The notes beneath the pieces are model-generated. The model worked only from the letters and a program-made list of their open reading frames with translations. It did not search any database and had not been told where the DNA came from. The position numbers and the translations under genes were made by a program. Positions 1 through 10,800 of a stretch of 64,000 nucleotides of DNA are shown in pieces. The DNA is from Vicugna vicugna (taxonomy: Eukaryota), in assembly GCA_013265495.1 (NCBI GenBank), contig MU057887.1, positions 3,995,668-4,059,667 on the forward strand, in the 5' to 3' direction. How positions within the stretch are numbered: position 1 is the stretch's first letter; the number at the start of each line of letters is the position of its first letter.

Positions 1-280
1 TCGAAGACGTTCTGTATAGATGGAATCATACAGTATGTAACCTTTTGGGATGGACTTCTTTTGCTCAGCAGTAATTCCCTGGAGACGCATCCAGGTTGTT
101 GCAGGTATGGATGGCTTGTTCTTTCTGCTGCTGAGTGGTATTCCATCATATGGTCGGACCACAGTGTAAGCGCTCATCTGGACTGATTCCTGGTTTTGAC
201 TGTGACAAGTTGAGCTGCTGTGAGCATCCATGTGCAGGATTTTGTTTGAACTTAAGTTTTTTTCTCTCTCTAGGATAAGT
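1..280 (-). mobile_element. Old L1 3'-end fragment
   Basis: tggaatcatacagtatgtaaccttt...gagtggtattccatc resembles antisense L1M 3' UTR. Confidence 0.6.
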
Positions 281-759
281 GCCCAGGGCCAAGGCAGTTT
301 TCACTTTTGGGTTTCTGCCGGCTGCTGCAGTAAAGGTTACAGAGGTTGACCAGGACTGTGAGTGCATCTGTGTCTTGTCCTGCTGCCCCTTTTACCTGTA
401 TAACATTCCTCTTTGCCTCTAATTTTGTCTTAACTTTTAGTTTGTCAGATGTTAAGATTGTAGCTCAGATTTCTTTTGGTTCACATTTGCCTTGTGTATG
501 TTTTTCAGTCTTTTTGTTTCTACCTGTCTCAGTTTTTAAAGTATGTTTTTTGCAGTAAACAAATTGTTGGATACTGGGCTTATATAAAATTCAGTCTGAA
601 AAACTATTTTATTGATTAGTTTATCCCATATACAATTATTGAAATTATTATATTAGTGCTAATTTAGATACTCAGTTTTTTTAAGTGCCATTTGTTAAAA
701 AGGATTATACTTTCCCCATTGAATTGCTTTGCTACATTTGTTGAAAGTCAGTAGACCAT

Positions 760-1350
760 TGTTCACAGCAGCACTGTTTGTAATAGCCAAGACATGGAAG
801 CAACCTAAATGTCCATCAACAGATGAATGGATAAAGAAGTTGTGGTATATATAGACAATAGATACTACTCAGCCATAAAAATAATAAAATAATGCCATTT
901 GCAATAACATGGATGGGCCTAAAGATTATCATACTAAGTGAAGTGAGAGAAAAAAATACCATATGATATCACTTATATGTAGAATCTAAAAGAATGACAC
1001 AAATGAACTTATTTACAAAACAGAAACAGACTTAAAGACATAGAAAATAAATTTATAGTTACCACAGGGAAAGAGGGGGGTGGGGAGGGATAAATTGGGA
1101 GTTCAGTATTTGCAGATACTAACTACTGTATATAAAACAGATAAAAAGCAAAGCCCTACTGTGTAGCATGGGGAGCTACATTCAATATCTCGTGATAGCC
1201 TGTAATGAAAAAGAATATGAAAAGGAATATATGTGTATAATTGAATTACTATGCTGTACACCAGAAACTAACACTACATTGTAAACTGACTGTACTTCAA
1301 TAAGAAAATTTTTTTGAGAAGTAAAAAATATTAAAACTTAAAAAAAAAAA
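760..1350 (+). mobile_element. 5'-truncated L1 with poly(A) tail and 17-bp TSD, inserted into an older antisense L1
   Basis: L1 ORF2 end and 3' UTR; A tail to 1350; TSD gaaagtcagt(a/t)gaccat at 743-759 and 1351-1367. Confidence 0.85.
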
Positions 1351-1550
1351 GAAAGTCAGTTGACCATATATATGTTGGTCTATTTCTGGACTCCTCTGTT
1401 TTGTTCTGATGAATCACCAGAACCACACTGTTTTAATTAATCTCACTTTATAGTAAGTCTTGAAATCAGTGGTGTTGGTACTCCAATTTTGTTCTTCCTT
1501 TTCAAAATTGCTTTGGCTATTCTAGATTTTTTTCATTTCCATATACATTT

Positions 1551-2714
1551 TATTAAAAAATTTTTTAAGTTAAAATTATATCACTTATATTAAAAAATGT
1601 AAGTGATATATAATACTTGGCTTTCTCTGTCTGACTTACTTCACTTAGTATGACAATCTCTGGGTCCACCCATGTTGTAGCAAATGGCATTATTTCATTC
1701 TTTGTTATGACTGAGTAGTGTTCCATTGTATAAACATACCACATCTTCTGTATCCATTCATCTATCGATGGATACTTAAGTTGCTTCCATGTCTTGGCAA
1801 TTGTGAATATGAATATTGGGGCGCATGTATCTTTTTGAATTAGTGTTTTCATCATTTCTGGATATCTGCCTTGGAGGGGGATTGCTGGATCATGTGGTAA
1901 TTCTATTTTTAGTTTTTAAAAGACCCTCTGTACTGTTCTCCACAGTGGCTGCACCAATTTACATTCCCACCAGCAGTGGAGGAGGGTTCCCTTTTCTCCA
2001 CACCCTCTCCAGCATTTATTATTTGTAGACTTTTTGTTGATGGCCATTCTGACTGGTGTAAGATGATACTTCATTGTAGTTTTGATTTGCATTTCTCTAA
2101 TATTTAGCGATGTTGAGCATCTTTTCACGTGCCTGTTGGCCATCGGTATGTCGTCTTCTTTCTGTTTAGCTCTTCTGCCTATTTATTGATTGGATTGTTT
2201 GTTTTTTTTTATGTTGAGCTGTATGAGTTGTTTGTATATTTTGGAAATTAAGCCCTTGTCGGTCGCATTCTTTGCAAATATTTTCTCCCATTCCATAGAT
2301 GGTCTTTTCATTTTGCTTGTGGTTTCCTTTGCTGTGCGAAAACTTGTAAGTTTAATTAGGTCCCATTAAAAAATGTTTTTTGCTTTTATTTGTTTTGCCT
2401 TGGGAGACTAACGTGAGAAATCATTTCTATGATTTATGTCAGAGAATGTTTTGCCTATATTCTCTTTTAGGAATTTTATGGTGTCATGTCATATATTTAA
2501 GTTGTTAGGCTATTTGAGTTAATTTTTGTGTATGGTGTGAAGGAGTGTTCTAACTAAATTGATTTACAGGCAGCTGTCCAGCTTTCCCAACACCATTTGC
2601 TGAAGAGACTGTCTTTTCTCCATTGTATATTCTTGCCTCCTTTGTTGAAGATTAATTGACTGTAGGTGTGTGGGTTTATTTCTGGACTCTCTAGTCTGTT
2701 CCACTGATCCATCT
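1551..2714 (-). mobile_element. L1 ORF2 C-terminal fragment, nested insertion
   Basis: Minus-strand ORFs with L1 ORF2 motifs ([25 protein letters not shown]); flanked by atatacattt at 1541-1550 and 2715-2724. Confidence 0.85.
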
Positions 2715-3425
2715 ATATACATTTAAGTGTCAACTTGTCAATTTCTGTTTTTAAAAATCTGCTAGGATTTGTTTGGGATTGTATTGGATAAACAGACCAG
2801 TTTAAGGAAAACTAACATCTTAACGATACTTCATTTTCCAATCTGTGAATATAGTATATCTCCCCATTTATTTAAGTCTTCTTTGATTTCTCTCAGCAAT
2901 GTTTTGTAGTTTTCAGTTTGCAGGTCTTGCACATATTTTATTAAATTATCCTGAAATATTTCATGTTTCTGAGTGTTATTGTAAGCAGAATTAAAAAATG
3001 TTTTTTTCCAATTTTTCATTCCTAATATAGAAAAGTACAATTACTTTTTGGATATTAACCTTATAAACTGGTTAGCTTGCTAAATTCACTCCTTAATTCT
3101 AGTAGATTTTTTCCTTATCTTCAGCATTTCTGTGTACATAATTGTGTCACCTGTGAGTAAAGACAATTTTAGTTATTCTTTTTCAGTTTGTATGTGTTTT
3201 GTTTCTTTTTCTTGCCTGATAGTGCTACCTGGGATGTTCACTGCAGTCTTGAATAGGAGTGGCTCGAGTCTCTTGTTCCAGTTTTGGGAGGAAAGCATTC
3301 AGCTTTGTCACCACCAAGTGTCCTGATAGTTATAGGTTTTTTAGTGGGTGCTCTTTATAAGATTTAGGAAGTTCCCTTCCATTCCTAATTTGTTGAGAGT
3401 TTTTATCATGAAAGTGTGTTGTATT
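2715..3425 (-). mobile_element. Older host L1 ORF2 (RT region) fragment
   Basis: ENYKTLLREIKEDLNKW motif on the minus strand; continues the fragments at ~685-742 and 1368-1550. Confidence 0.75.
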
Positions 3426-3427
3426 TT

Positions 3428-5150
3428 TATAAATACTCAAACTCAACCATATTAAATGTAAATGATCCAAATACTTCAATTAAAAGGCAGAGAATAACAG
3501 GATAACAAAGGAAGACTATATCAATCATGTGCCATTTAGAAAAGAAACACTTTAATATAAAGATACAAATAGATTGAAAGTAAAAGGATGTTAAAGGGGT
3601 TACCAAACATGAACCACAAGAATGACATGCTGTGTTAATGTCAGACAAGGCAGAGTTCAAGACACCCTATGTTGCCAGAGAGAATAAGGGACAGTTCAAA
3701 ATGATGAAAGAAGCACTTCATCAAGAAGACTCATCAATCCTAAATATAAATACACATACATAATAAAAGGAATTCAAAATGCATGAAGCAAAAACTTATA
3801 GAGTCAAAAGAAGAAATAAATAAGACCACAGTTAGAGTTGGAAATTACAACCCTCCCTTCTTATTTGTTGGTGGAACAAGTGGACACCTAATCAGTGAGG
3901 GTGTAGAAGGCTTGAGTAACATTACCAGACAACAGGACTTAATGCCCTGTGCAGCAGCAGCGTAATGAGAACGGTTTTCTGGCACACATGCCACTTCCAC
4001 CAAGATGGACCATGTCATATGTAAGGCTGGCCACGGTGGGGAGATTCAGCCCACTGCTTAGTTTTGTGCAGCTTGAAGTCTAAGAATAGTTTTTATGTTT
4101 TTAAAGACACATTAAGAAGAAGGAGGAAAAGAGAAAGAAAAGGAACATCTAGTGGAGACCCTATGTGGCCTACTAAGCTGAAAACAATGACTGTTAGCTC
4201 TTTAAAAGAAAAATTTATTGACCCCCTGTGCCACACATAAAACAAATACCAATAAGTTAAAAGAAAATGAAATCATACAACCCTGCTCTCAGACCACAAC
4301 AAAAATTAGATCTCAGTAACTAAGATATTTAGAAAATCCTTAAATAATTAGAAAATTAAACATTATACTTCTCAACAACCTATACATCAAAGAAAAAAAT
4401 CATAAAGGAAATTAGAAATGTCTTGAATTCAATGAATAATGGAAACATCAAAATCTGTAAAGCAGTGCTTGCAGGAAAATTTATAGCTATAAATGCTTAC
4501 ATTACAAAAAAGGAAAGGTCTAAAAATCCGCCAAGTTTCTACCTCAAGAAGCTAGAAGAAGAGAAAATTATATAATAGGAAAGAAATGAAAAAGACAGGA
4601 GGAATCAGTGAAATAGAACATAGGCAAATAATAGAGGAAAACCCCCAAAAAATGGTTCCTCAAAAGACCGATAGCATTAATAAACCTTAGTTGTGCTTAT
4701 GAAGGAAACGGTGAGGGGGGACAGACGTCTGTACTGATATGCAGGGATGAAGAGGGGGATGTTACCACAGACCTTACCTGGCAGTGAGAGAATAATAAGA
4801 TGGGTGTTCCAAACAACTTCATGCCGATCCTGTAATCAACTTAGATAGAATGGTTAAGTTCCTTCAGCAGTGTGAATTACCAAAATGGAAACAAGTAGAA
4901 ATCGAAAATACCTGTTAAAGAAATGGAATTCATAATTTGAAACATGACCAAAGAGACCTTTAGAGGCTTGGCTTCACTGGTGAGCTCTGGTGAGCAGACA
5001 TTTTAGGAAAAAGCGACGCCAGTCCCGAGTGAGCGCAGAGCTGGGGGCGGAGGGGCGTCCCCAGCACCCTTGCCCTTCTTGAGGGCAGCACTCTCGACAG
5101 CCAGGGCGGACAGAGGCCTTGTGAGGGGAGAGCATGGGGACCAGTATGGC
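3428..5150 (+). mobile_element. Degenerate L1 ORF2 (endonuclease and linker region)
   Basis: A-rich; MKQKLIESKEEINKTTVRVGNYNPP resembles L1 endonuclease. Confidence 0.75.
4025..4229. mobile_element. MER58-type (hAT-Charlie) DNA transposon inside the L1
   Basis: gagaccctatgtggcc...aaagaaaaatttattgaccccctg matches MER58 terminus. Confidence 0.55.
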
Positions 5151-5189
5151 CATTAGCTACTCCCCCACTGCCTTTTTTTTTTTTTAACT

Positions 5190-5460
5190 TTTAACCCGTA
5201 TCTTTATATTTCAAGTAAGCTTTTTATACTTAGCATATAGTTAGTTCTTGCTTTTTAAAATCTAGTCTGACCATTTCTGTCTTCAATTGAAGTTATTAAT
5301 CCAGTTGCGTTTACTTCATTTGTTGATGTGGTCGAGTTTACGTCTGGTAGTTTGCTGCTTTTTTCCATTTGTCCCATCTTTTTCTGTTGCTCATTTCCCT
5401 TTTTTTTTTTTCCTTTGTCTTCTTTTGGATTAATCCAGTTCTTTTCTAGGATCCTGCTAG
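5190..5460 (-). mobile_element. L1 fragment (inter-ORF / ORF2 start)
   Basis: Inverse-orientation similarity to the L1 segment at 3430-3590. Confidence 0.55.
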
Positions 5461-5702
5461 AAAACCGTGTCCCATTTGGTTGATGGGATCTTGTAGTCCA
5501 CCCAGCCACTCACCCCTCTGGCTGAAAACAGGATGCATAGAAGCTACCTCTTACTGCCTTGTCTTGCAGGTTCTTGTTTAGAGAAAAAAAAATGCTTTGG
5601 CAGGGTGAGGGTCTCCCTCTGGTTCCTTTCTCTCCCTAGATTGTATGCTATCCAAGTGTTTTGCATCATTCTGTAGGGCATTTAGGAGGGGGGGGCATCT
5701 GA

Positions 5703-5722
5703 TGTGTGTGTGTGTGTGTGTG
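5703..5722. repeat. (TG)n microsatellite
   Basis: About 10 TG units. Confidence 0.9.
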
Positions 5723-6596
5723 GGGACAGCCATCTCTTCCTGAAGGCACGTCTAGTAATCATTACTTCTGGTCCCCCAAAGTCTGTTACTGCAACCTGCA
5801 AGTCTCCATCTACACTCTTCACAAGAGAAACAAGGAAGATATTAGGACCTGGATGGAAGCCGAGTGCCCGTCAATCTGTGGACTCCCTTGCACTGCAAGT
5901 CCCTGTGGCTCCCGTTGGAGTCTGCCAGGCCAGCAGAAGGACTGAGCCCAAGAGTGTGCTGGAGGGGCAAGGCAAAGAGTGATACAAATCCCTGTGGTGA
6001 AGGCGGGGTCAGGGGGGCAGTGGGAAGTGCCCAGAGAACCTGGAGGCAGGTTGGGAGAAGGAGCCTTGTGGGTGGTGGACATTTGAAGCCAGTTGCAGGT
6101 TTTAAAACCCAGGTGAGGGGGACGTGAAGATACCTGTGTTTTGGAAAAGTGAGTTTGATGCAGTAAAGACAGGAGGTTGTGGAGGGCGTATCCGGACGGC
6201 CAAGAGGCCTGTGTCGGGGGCTCCTGGGTTGCTGGGCTTCACACACGGACAATCTGGGGGCTTCCCATGTGCGTGGAGTCTTACTCTTCTGAATAAAAAT
6301 ATTAGATCAGTTAAATCCCATCTACGATTAATCATGGTTTTGCAAGCAGTGATTCATAGAACAGTGAAAAGATTTATAATTTCAAAATTCAGGTTTACAT
6401 TGTTAAAGATACAGGCTTTGTGCTTTTCATTCTGCACTGCAGCAACCTAGGCCCCCAGACTGACGTGGACTTACTGAATGGGGCAGACTTTGTGCGGTCC
6501 AGGCAAAGACAGTAAGGCCTACAGGGGTGGTGGGACGTGGAGGAAGGGCTGGTCAGTCGTGATTTCTCAGGTAGCTGTGGCAAGGCCTCGTGCCCA

Positions 6597-6614
6597 GTGT
6601 GTGTGTGTGTGTGT
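6597..6614. repeat. (GT)n microsatellite
   Basis: About 9 GT units. Confidence 0.85.
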
Positions 6615-7663
6615 GGCCTCAGGTGTAGCCCTGGCTCTCGCAGCAAGGTGGAGTGTGAAAGGAGATGCCAGGTAGGTGGGGGCGGCAGAGGTGCGGAGGG
6701 TCAGGCAGAGGGAGCTGCTCTGAGTTTGGCTTGTTGAGGCTGTGTCTGGGAGCTGTGCCAGGATCTTCATGAGACGGCCCCGCAGGGGCAGCCAAGAGAG
6801 CAGGCAGAGAAGAGGTGGGAAAACAGGAGTCAGAAGGTGCCGACCTCACGCGGGGCCACATTGGGCAGCCCTGGGGGATCTGGACCCAGAATGGACAGGA
6901 GCCTGGGTGGAGCCAAGGCCATGGCCTTTATTGGGGTTTCCCTGTGAAGGGCACGGCTGGGCAGGGTGAGCAGCAGAGGGACAACGGGGATAATCTCGAT
7001 GCCTCTGAGCTGTACGGGGCAGGCCCCGCTTGCCTGGCCCCAGCTGCGGGATGCTGAAGGCAGGAGCACACGGTCCCCTGGCGAGTGCGGCCCTGGAGGG
7101 CAACCTGCAGGTCACAGGCGTGCTCCCGGGGACCCTGTGTTGTTGCTAGAGTTGGCTGCCCAGGAGGGGCAGTCTTTCCCCAACCAGAAAGATTTTTAAA
7201 GCTGTCAAAACATAAAATGCAAAAAATTAAAAATATGTATGAGACAGAGACATCTGGGGACATGTCCAGTGTTCACCCAGGAGGGGACTGGACACTGGGG
7301 AAGTGGTTTATAAGTCATTAAATTTTCTGGGGTGGAGGGGCATCCTCAGTCTGCCAGGCAGGAGGTAGGGATGTGTTGGCCTAAGGGAGCCAAGGTGAGT
7401 GAGAGCGCTGGGGGCCTGTCGGTCTCAGGCTGGGGTGGCGGTGGGAGTCCCAGGGGAAGTGAGAGGAGGCAGCAGGTTCTGAGATGCAGGCGCGGGACGT
7501 CCCTGCTGACTTCGGAGCCCGAGCACAGACTCATGGGGGAGCAGCCTCTCCGGCCCAGGCCCAGGCCCTGGGTGGCCTGCAAGACTGGGGCGGGTTGTGC
7601 GGCGGATTCACACAGGGAGCGGATGTGACCCTCTTGTCTGCTTGCAGCTCTGTGGCTGTCACC

Positions 7664-7890
7664 ATGTTCTGGAAGTTTGACTTGAACACCACATCCCACG
7701 TTGACAAGCTGCTGGATAAGGAAGACGTGACGCTGCAGGAGTTGTTGGATGGGGATGACATCCTGCAGGAGTGCAAGGCCCAGAACCGGAAGCTGCTGGA
7801 CTTCCTGTGCCGGCAGCAGTGCATGGAGGAGCTGGTGAACCTTGTCACGCAGGACCCGGCCCTGGACATGGAAGAGAAGGTCCGCTTCAA
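7664..7890 (+). CDS. PPP6R2: PPP6R2 coding exon 1 (acceptor ends 7647, ATG 7664)
   Basis: accATG; MFWKFDL...EEKVRFK; donor gtatgt. Confidence 0.95.
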
Positions 7891-10800
7891 GTATGTACTG
7901 AAGCGCTGAGCGGCCGGAGCTGGGCAGTGCTCCTGGGAGACAGTGGGCAGTGTTTGAGGACGGCCAGAGCCAGGCTTTCTGACAGAGGAGCCGACCTTAA
8001 ATGATTCCCCCACCTGAGAAGTGAGAAGGCTCTCCGGTGGGGTTTGTTTTTTGTGCTCTCCTGGGTATAGTGTCTCATTCTGGTTAACACAGTGAGTAGC
8101 GCTGTGCGGTGGAGGGTTGGGGTGAATATGTGCTGGAAGGAGACTGGTCCCCTGACGGAGAGGCAGACGGGCTGCGTCGGCCTGGCTAGGTGGGGCGGCA
8201 CCACCAGCAGGAGGCAGGCCCAGCCTGCTGAAGCGGCCAGGGCCCAGGACAGGTGGCATCTGACCGCTCGATGCTTCACTCTGGGGTCTTGGGCCCACAG
8301 GAAGTATGCTGTGTCATAGGTGGTACCGACCATTCTCAAAGTTTTTCCTTAAATGTTCCATTTGACAGTTGGCTTGGATGTTAGGAGATAATAGGAGGGA
8401 CGGAGTGGGGGCTTGAGGGTGAGGACAGAAGAGTGTGAGCAGACAGGGGCCTTGGGTGACACGGAGGATCAAGCAGACCCAGCCTCCGGCTCTGAGGGTG
8501 CCACTCTGGGCCAAGCAGGTTCTGGAAAGCGGTGGGGCTGAGGGCTAGTGACTCAGGGAATTGGGGCGGACAGGCTGCTCTCATCTGCTCACGTGTCTCA
8601 CAGGGGGTCAGTGTGTAGGGCAAAGCCTTAGCATAGGGTTGGCAGACTGTGTCCTGAGGTCACATCCTATTTTGGTGTATCTCTCAAGCTGAGAATGGTT
8701 TTACATTTTTAAATGGTTGAAAAAAATCAAAAGAATGATTTTTTGTTAAACATGAAAATGACAGAATTCACAGTTTGTTGTCCACCAGGAAGGTCACGTT
8801 GGACACACTCACACTGACCCGTTGGTGATGACAACATGGGCCTTCTAAAATACTCTCTGGCCCTTTGCCAGAAGTCTTTGCTGACTTAGGAAAATAAAGC
8901 AGAATAGGGCCACAGTGGGTCAGGACTGCAGTCAGGGCGGCCTGCTGCCTGCTGGGGAGGAGAGCCCGGGAAGAGGCGGGCCAGGCTCTGGGAGGAGCCA
9001 GGCTTGGGGCCGTGGTGACCCTCTGTGATGGGTCAGAGGCTGTCGCCTGTGGGGTGCCCTGCCAGCCTCTCTTGTCTCAGCATCACCTTTGATGGCCCCT
9101 ATTCCTTTCGGTCTCTCACCCTCAGGTGTGTCCTGCCTGGTGACCAGTTCAAGGGTCTCCCTGTCTAGACTAGGGTCTGGTGGCTGCTCTCGGGGAGGGG
9201 AGCTGGGGCTGCATGTTGTGGTTCTGGGCAGAGGGAGCGTCGCGCAGTCTGGCAGCGAGGAGGGTTGGACAGCCCGGGTGTGGGCAATGCTGGCAGGCAG
9301 TTGGTGCAAGCCAAGCACGCGTGGTGGAGAGGAGACCGTTGCTGGAGAAGGACGCGCGTAAGCAGGCAGACGCAGCAGTGCCCGCGTGTTCACGCAAGGG
9401 CAGCACTGGTGTGGGTTGGTCTGAACGCTGTGGCATGATTCTGTGGAGAGAGCGGGAATGAGCAGCAGGGTGCAGGGGCAGCTGGCGTGAGGGAGACCTC
9501 ATCATCCCCCTGGGGACGCCAGTCTGTGGTGTCTGATACTGCTGAGTGAGGCAGCACGTGTGTGTTTTACCCAGAAACATGGTGGTCAGTGGGAGAGAAA
9601 GCTGCTGAGGGACTGGTCTCAGGAATGTGACTTGGGAGTGAAAAGGGGCCTCTTCCTCACCAGCCCTGTACATATCACCTGTGCAACGAAAGTAAGAATT
9701 AAAATATTTTAATTTAGAAATCAATTTACTTTAATTGAAAATTAATTTACTTTTAAGTAAAATTGAATCGGGCATTCCTTTTTGAGAAAAGGAATAATTG
9801 GCTGGGTGGAGGGAGGAGGCGGTAGCTGAGGAAGAAGTGGGTCATGGTGACTTTCAGAGATGCAGAGACCAGGAGCGGCCGACCCGGAGGTCAGGTTGTC
9901 TCGGCTTTGAGCGGGGGCAGGGGTCTGTGTCAAGCTCTCAGCTCTGGCGGTGGGGTGTGCCGGCCCCCTCTGCCCTGCGCAGGAGCAGCTGTGCTTCAGG
10001 GACCAGGACCTGGGCTCCTCCAGCGGCCCTCATGGCTCTGAGGGGAAGCTTTTGCTGGCGGACCTGGTGAGCACCTCAGCTGGTGTGGCTTCACCCTCGG
10101 GGCTGCTGGCCATTATGGAGGGACTTCCTCAAAGTGGGGAAGGCGCCCGGGCCACGCAGGTCAGAGGGAAGCTGCCCTGAGTCATTTGAGCTTGGGCAGC
10201 ACACACAGTTCCCGCTAAAGCCAAGGCTGCTCCCTGCAGGGGAGAACTCTGTGGAGAGTCCTAGACTGGGAACTGGCCACCTGGTCCAGCCCGAGAACCC
10301 TAATGATGCTTCTGGCCTTTTTCTTGTGGTTCCTGTACAGTTTGCCTGCTGAGTTCAGGACCGTTTGAGAAACAAGACAAAAGAGCCAGCAGCTGATGCC
10401 AAGATCCCACTTGCGTTAACGTATGCAGCGCTGTGGGGGGTGTCGGTTATGGCCCCGTGTGGAGGGCTTCCTCCTCCCAAGTCACAGAGGTAGAGCTGAT
10501 CGCCTAGTGGGAGCAGTGCTGGGTCAGGGCAGGCCCCCAGGAGGGCCCCACCGGAGAACCCTGCCTGCCCTGCTGAGGGGCGGAGCAGGAAGAGGATGGC
10601 TAAGCCCAGCTGCCAGGTGAGCCCTGGGGAGCAGTGGAGTCAGGAAGGGAGGGGCTCTCCACCGTCACAGTTCCCGGGTGCTCCATCCTCGCCTCGCTCT
10701 GATCATTCCCGCGCCCGCCAGGATTTCGTCTTCCTCGTCTGTTTCCTTTCCCTGGTGAGCAGAAGCCCGAGCAGCTTCCTGAGAGGGGTGTGTGGGCGGC

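Noticed and set aside
7484..7663. In-frame ATG giving a 60-aa N-terminal extension of PPP6R2
   Set aside because: It lies upstream of a good acceptor at 7647, so it is intronic unless an internal promoter exists; no evidence for one in the sequence.
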